Assembly: GCA_951406725.2 (NCBI GenBank)
Contig: OX597832.1
Span: forward strand, 12,214,001-12,278,000
Source: Octopus vulgaris
Taxonomy: Eukaryota
Direction of reading: 5' to 3'
Length of the DNA stretch: 64,000 nucleotides
The position numbers and the translations under genes are program-made. The notes under the pieces are model-generated. The model saw only the letters and a program-made list of their open reading frames with translations, searched no databases and was not told the DNA's origin. Positions 60,186 through 64,000 of the stretch are shown piece after piece (position 1 is the first letter of the stretch; each line of letters begins with the position of its first letter).

Positions 60186-61407
60186 TTTAAACAGTAGAAA
60201 AGAGCAATAACCCTAAACCAGAACAATATCAAATACAAATTAAAAGGCGTACCAACACAGACACACCAGCAGCAACAAAAACTCACTTTAAAAGAGAAAA
60301 AAAAAAGAAATCAGCACGACTAGCAACACACGTTTAAATGCTAATGATTGAAATTTATTGAAGAGGTGTAGTAAGAGGAGGATGTGTGTAAGAGGAGAAA
60401 TATGAATACAATTCGCCATCACCTAACCATCCATTCAGTCCAGCTATCCATCATTTCAGTGATTAGTTCAACCATTCAATCATAACAATTTCCCCGCTTC
60501 TTCTAGCCTCCGTCGGTACCAACATCTCCACTTCCACAGTCACGATTACAATTCTATCTTTGTTTCTCTTAGAGTACAAATGCACGCAATGTATGTTTAA
60601 TGAGCTAGATAAGTACAAATACACATGAACATTTATGGACGTTCGAACATTCACATAGATGCATATACTCACACATGCGTACATACAGACAGACAGACAG
60701 AAAGGAATACATCTATACATATATGAATACAATCATAATTATTCGCACAAGTGAACTTTTGTGCATGAGCATATAGATTGTGTAGTGCATCTTCTGTGTA
60801 CAAGCCGAAGTACGCCTTCTACTGTTAAGCTTATTGCACCACATAGTTTATCATAGTCGAGCCAACTTCCATTATAGTGGTTAAGCAACTAATATACTTA
60901 ACAGTATTATTAGTTACGAAATATAGAGCGAATGTGAGACAAACAGCGATAAACAATTTTATATTATTAGTTCCTGCGTTTCACCATCATGGTTACTAGG
61001 AATCCTGCACTGGATTTTCCGAGTGTATTTGGATGCTTAACCAGAAGGGATAATTAAGGAACGCTTTATCGCATTAACTAACAGAAAACTAATAGCTTTA
61101 GTTCTTCGTAAATTAATACCATAAACCATTCTGCATAAACCGTTGTGGACTTTCAATATCTTTGAAATGAAGGTGTCAAAGCAGCGCTAATAATGAAACG
61201 TAGAAACTAATAATATGAATTTGTGTCTGTCGTAATTTCTCATTCATGCTTACATACATACATACGTACATACATACATACAAACATACATACATACAAA
61301 CATGCATGCATACATACAAACATGCATACATACATACATACATACATACATACATACATACATACATCAAAAGCAGAAAGAAGAAAGATCCGATCCATCA
61401 CTGGAAT

Positions 61408-61652
61408 TCTTTTACTTGTTTCAGTCATTTGATTGTGGCCATGCTGGAGCACCGCCTTTAGTCGAGCGAATCGAGCCCAGGACTTATTCTTTGTAAGCTT
61501 AGTACTTATTCTATCGGTCTCTTTTTGCCGAAGCGCTAAGTTACGGGACGTAAACACACCGGCATCAGTTGTCAAGCGATGTTGGAGGGGGACAAACACA
61601 GACACAGTAATGTATACACACACATACATACACACATACATACATATATATA

Positions 61653-61702
<50 letters not shown>

Positions 61703-61865
61703 GACGGGCTTCTTTCAGTTTCCGTCTACCAAATCCACTCACACGGCTTTGGTGGGCCCGAGGCTATAGTAGAAGACACTTGCCCAAGGTGCCATACAGT
61801 GGAACGGAACCAGGAATCATGTGGTTCTCAAGCAAACTACTTGCTACACAGCCACTCCTACGCCT
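61408..61865 (-). mobile_element. SINE family B, full length (tRNA-like head, CORE-like block, internal microsatellite)
   Basis: Minus strand ggcgtaggagtggctgtgtagcaag..gttccgttcc..accttgggcaagt (CORE-like)..(TA)n(TG)n..ggcggtgctccagcatggcc tail. Confidence 0.9.
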
Positions 61866-63560
61866 ATATGCTACGAATAATATTGCCTTAGTATTATTCT
61901 TATTTCCTATCCAAATCCATTATTCCGTTGTGGTAGGGTGAAATAGAAGCAAGCAGGCAATTCAACGGGGAATGGATAAGTCACAAGAACGTGACCCTAA
62001 AACGCTAGGCAGAGAATGGAGACCAATGACGACAGCTGACTGCCATAGCCTATACAGTGTCACTCCAACCACTGGTTGCATCACTTAAACGAACTTGATG
62101 ATGGTTGTTCCTACTAGCATAGTATGCATTTTAAAAGAAACCGTCCATAGATTATTTGAAACAGTTATGAAAAAATACCTGCTTTACTCATATAAGTGGT
62201 ATATTCATATTTAGTTTAAAGAGTAGTAATTATAGTTGTATTTTTATTTTCCGTTACAGACAAATAGAGAATCAATAATATTTGACAGAAATGTGTTTAT
62301 GTAACACGCATGATGTTTAGGAGGAAATGCAGTTTGTTATTATTTTGCCAAAACAAATCTGTCTAACTAGTGTTTGATTTTGGAAGGTTGGTGTAACATA
62401 TCCGGTTTAGAGTATTACTCTAAGGGCTTAAAAGATTAGAAATCTGACCAATTATATCTGGAAATTAACGGGTGCATTCGTAACAGAAACCATTCAATAT
62501 CAATCAAAATACAAGCTAGTGTTAAGACGATATTTGATAGGTTTTCCTAAAAAATTAAAGGTTCATATTTTAATCAATATTTGTATATTAATTAATTCAG
62601 AGCTATTGCTGAGCTGAGATTACATTGTTTTAGAAAAATAAATAAAATTTCCTATTTTAATTAATAATTTAATTTTTAACTGAAAAATCATCCGTATATT
62701 GTTTGAAATCATGCCAGTTTTTATAAAACCTATTATTCGTAGAATGCAGAATATCCCGTCCTAAGAGGATAAAATAATATGAAATATACGGGTTCCTCGT
62801 TTTTTAATTAAGCGGATTAGAGAATCTAATTTAGGGTTTAAAAAATAGTGTTTTCATTGATGCACAACATTACGATATTCCATAATACAAACAAAATTAG
62901 AATTTAATGAGGCTTAGATGAGAAAGGAATATTTAATATATTTAAGACAAAAGCTACATAAAGGATACTATCAAAAGTTAATTGCATTTAATGTTTCATA
63001 CAATATATGTAAATATATACATAAGATATCAAAACAAAGAGGAAATTAATAATGGAAAAGTCAAACAAATTTACTCTTGCCTTTATTTAGGTTTAGAGTC
63101 GAGTATAACAACTTAAAAAATTGGCTTCAAAGTAAAATAATTGCTAATTCACGTTGTACAAACTGGTTTTTAGCGTAAAATCTATATGCAAATCAGATTT
63201 AAAAAACTAGAAGAATCACGCCTTCGGAATAGACTTTGTTATTTGTATTTTAAAGGATTTGTCACAAGCACAGATTTCTGTTTAAATATCATCTCTATAT
63301 TATAATTTCGTAAAAAAATTTAAAGAATGTATTCTAACTCAAACTGTATGTAACCTAAACTACACATTCATGCTCACACTCGCACATGCGCACATGAACT
63401 CGCGGAATCACCTCTTTTTCCATCCCACATATCTTCACAAACATCATAATTTCTTTAAATGGCATGAGCTCATCTCTCTCGCGAAAATCCTAGCCGTGTA
63501 CCAAAATTAGAACCCAATATTTAAACGCTCTCTTAAAGTTTTCCAAGTAATATATATTCA

Positions 63561-63886
63561 GGCGCAGGATTGGCTGTGTGGTAAGAACCTTGCTTCTCAA
63601 TAACATGGGCACAGGTTCAGTCCCACTGAATTCACCTTGGGCAATTACCTTCTACTATAACCTCGGGCTGAGCAAAGACTTGTAGGTGGACTTGGTAGAC
63701 GGACACTGAAAGTATATATTTATGCGTTTTTTGTTTGTCCCCTCGCCATCGCTTGATAACCGATAAGTACCCGTAACTTATCGGCACTAGGCTCACAGAG
63801 AATAAGTCCTGTGATCGATTGTTCGGCTAAAACAATTTAGGGGGGTGGTCCAGCATGGTCGCAGTCAAGCGACTGAAACAAGTAAA
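63561..63886 (+). mobile_element. SINE family B, full length (diverged)
   Basis: ggcgcaggattggctgtgtggtaag head, accttgggcaa block and ccagcatggtcgcagtc tail. Confidence 0.88.
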
Positions 63887-63897
63887 TGATTATACAT

Positions 63898-63961
<64 letters not shown>

Positions 63962-64000
63962 TGTGTGTGTGTGTATGTGTGTATATATATGTGTATATAT

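Noticed and set aside
59771-60286. Mucin-like poly-Thr ORF
   Set aside because: Trinucleotide microsatellite starting inside a SINE; no splice or domain evidence.

Overview
AT-rich, microsatellite-saturated eukaryotic (animal) non-coding DNA, either a large intron or intergenic. The SINE families and the density of (TA)n, (CA)n, (ATCT)n and (AAT)n look like an octopus/cephalopod genome; this is from recall, not a database check. I found no convincing host exon, and almost all listed ORFs are microsatellite translations. The interpretable content is transposon-derived: (i) a young 5'-truncated CR1-like LINE with an open RT frame inside kilobase-scale (TA)n arrays, plus two older LINE 3' fragments; (ii) a Penelope-like element (PLE) fragment with a GIY-YIG domain and a hammerhead ribozyme fold in its 3' UTR; (iii) a head-to-head inverted pair of PLE-type terminal repeats, one with an apparently intact type I hammerhead; (iv) Tc1, maT/mariner and pogo remnants and MITE/foldback elements; (v) at least four SINE-like families (labelled A-D here). 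The most interesting signals are the hammerhead ribozymes, a 3' motif shared between SINE B and two LINE families, and recurrent tandem SINE A multimers with a fixed junction. I do not see a clearly new protein-coding system. Boundaries were read by eye and are approximate (about 10-30 bp).
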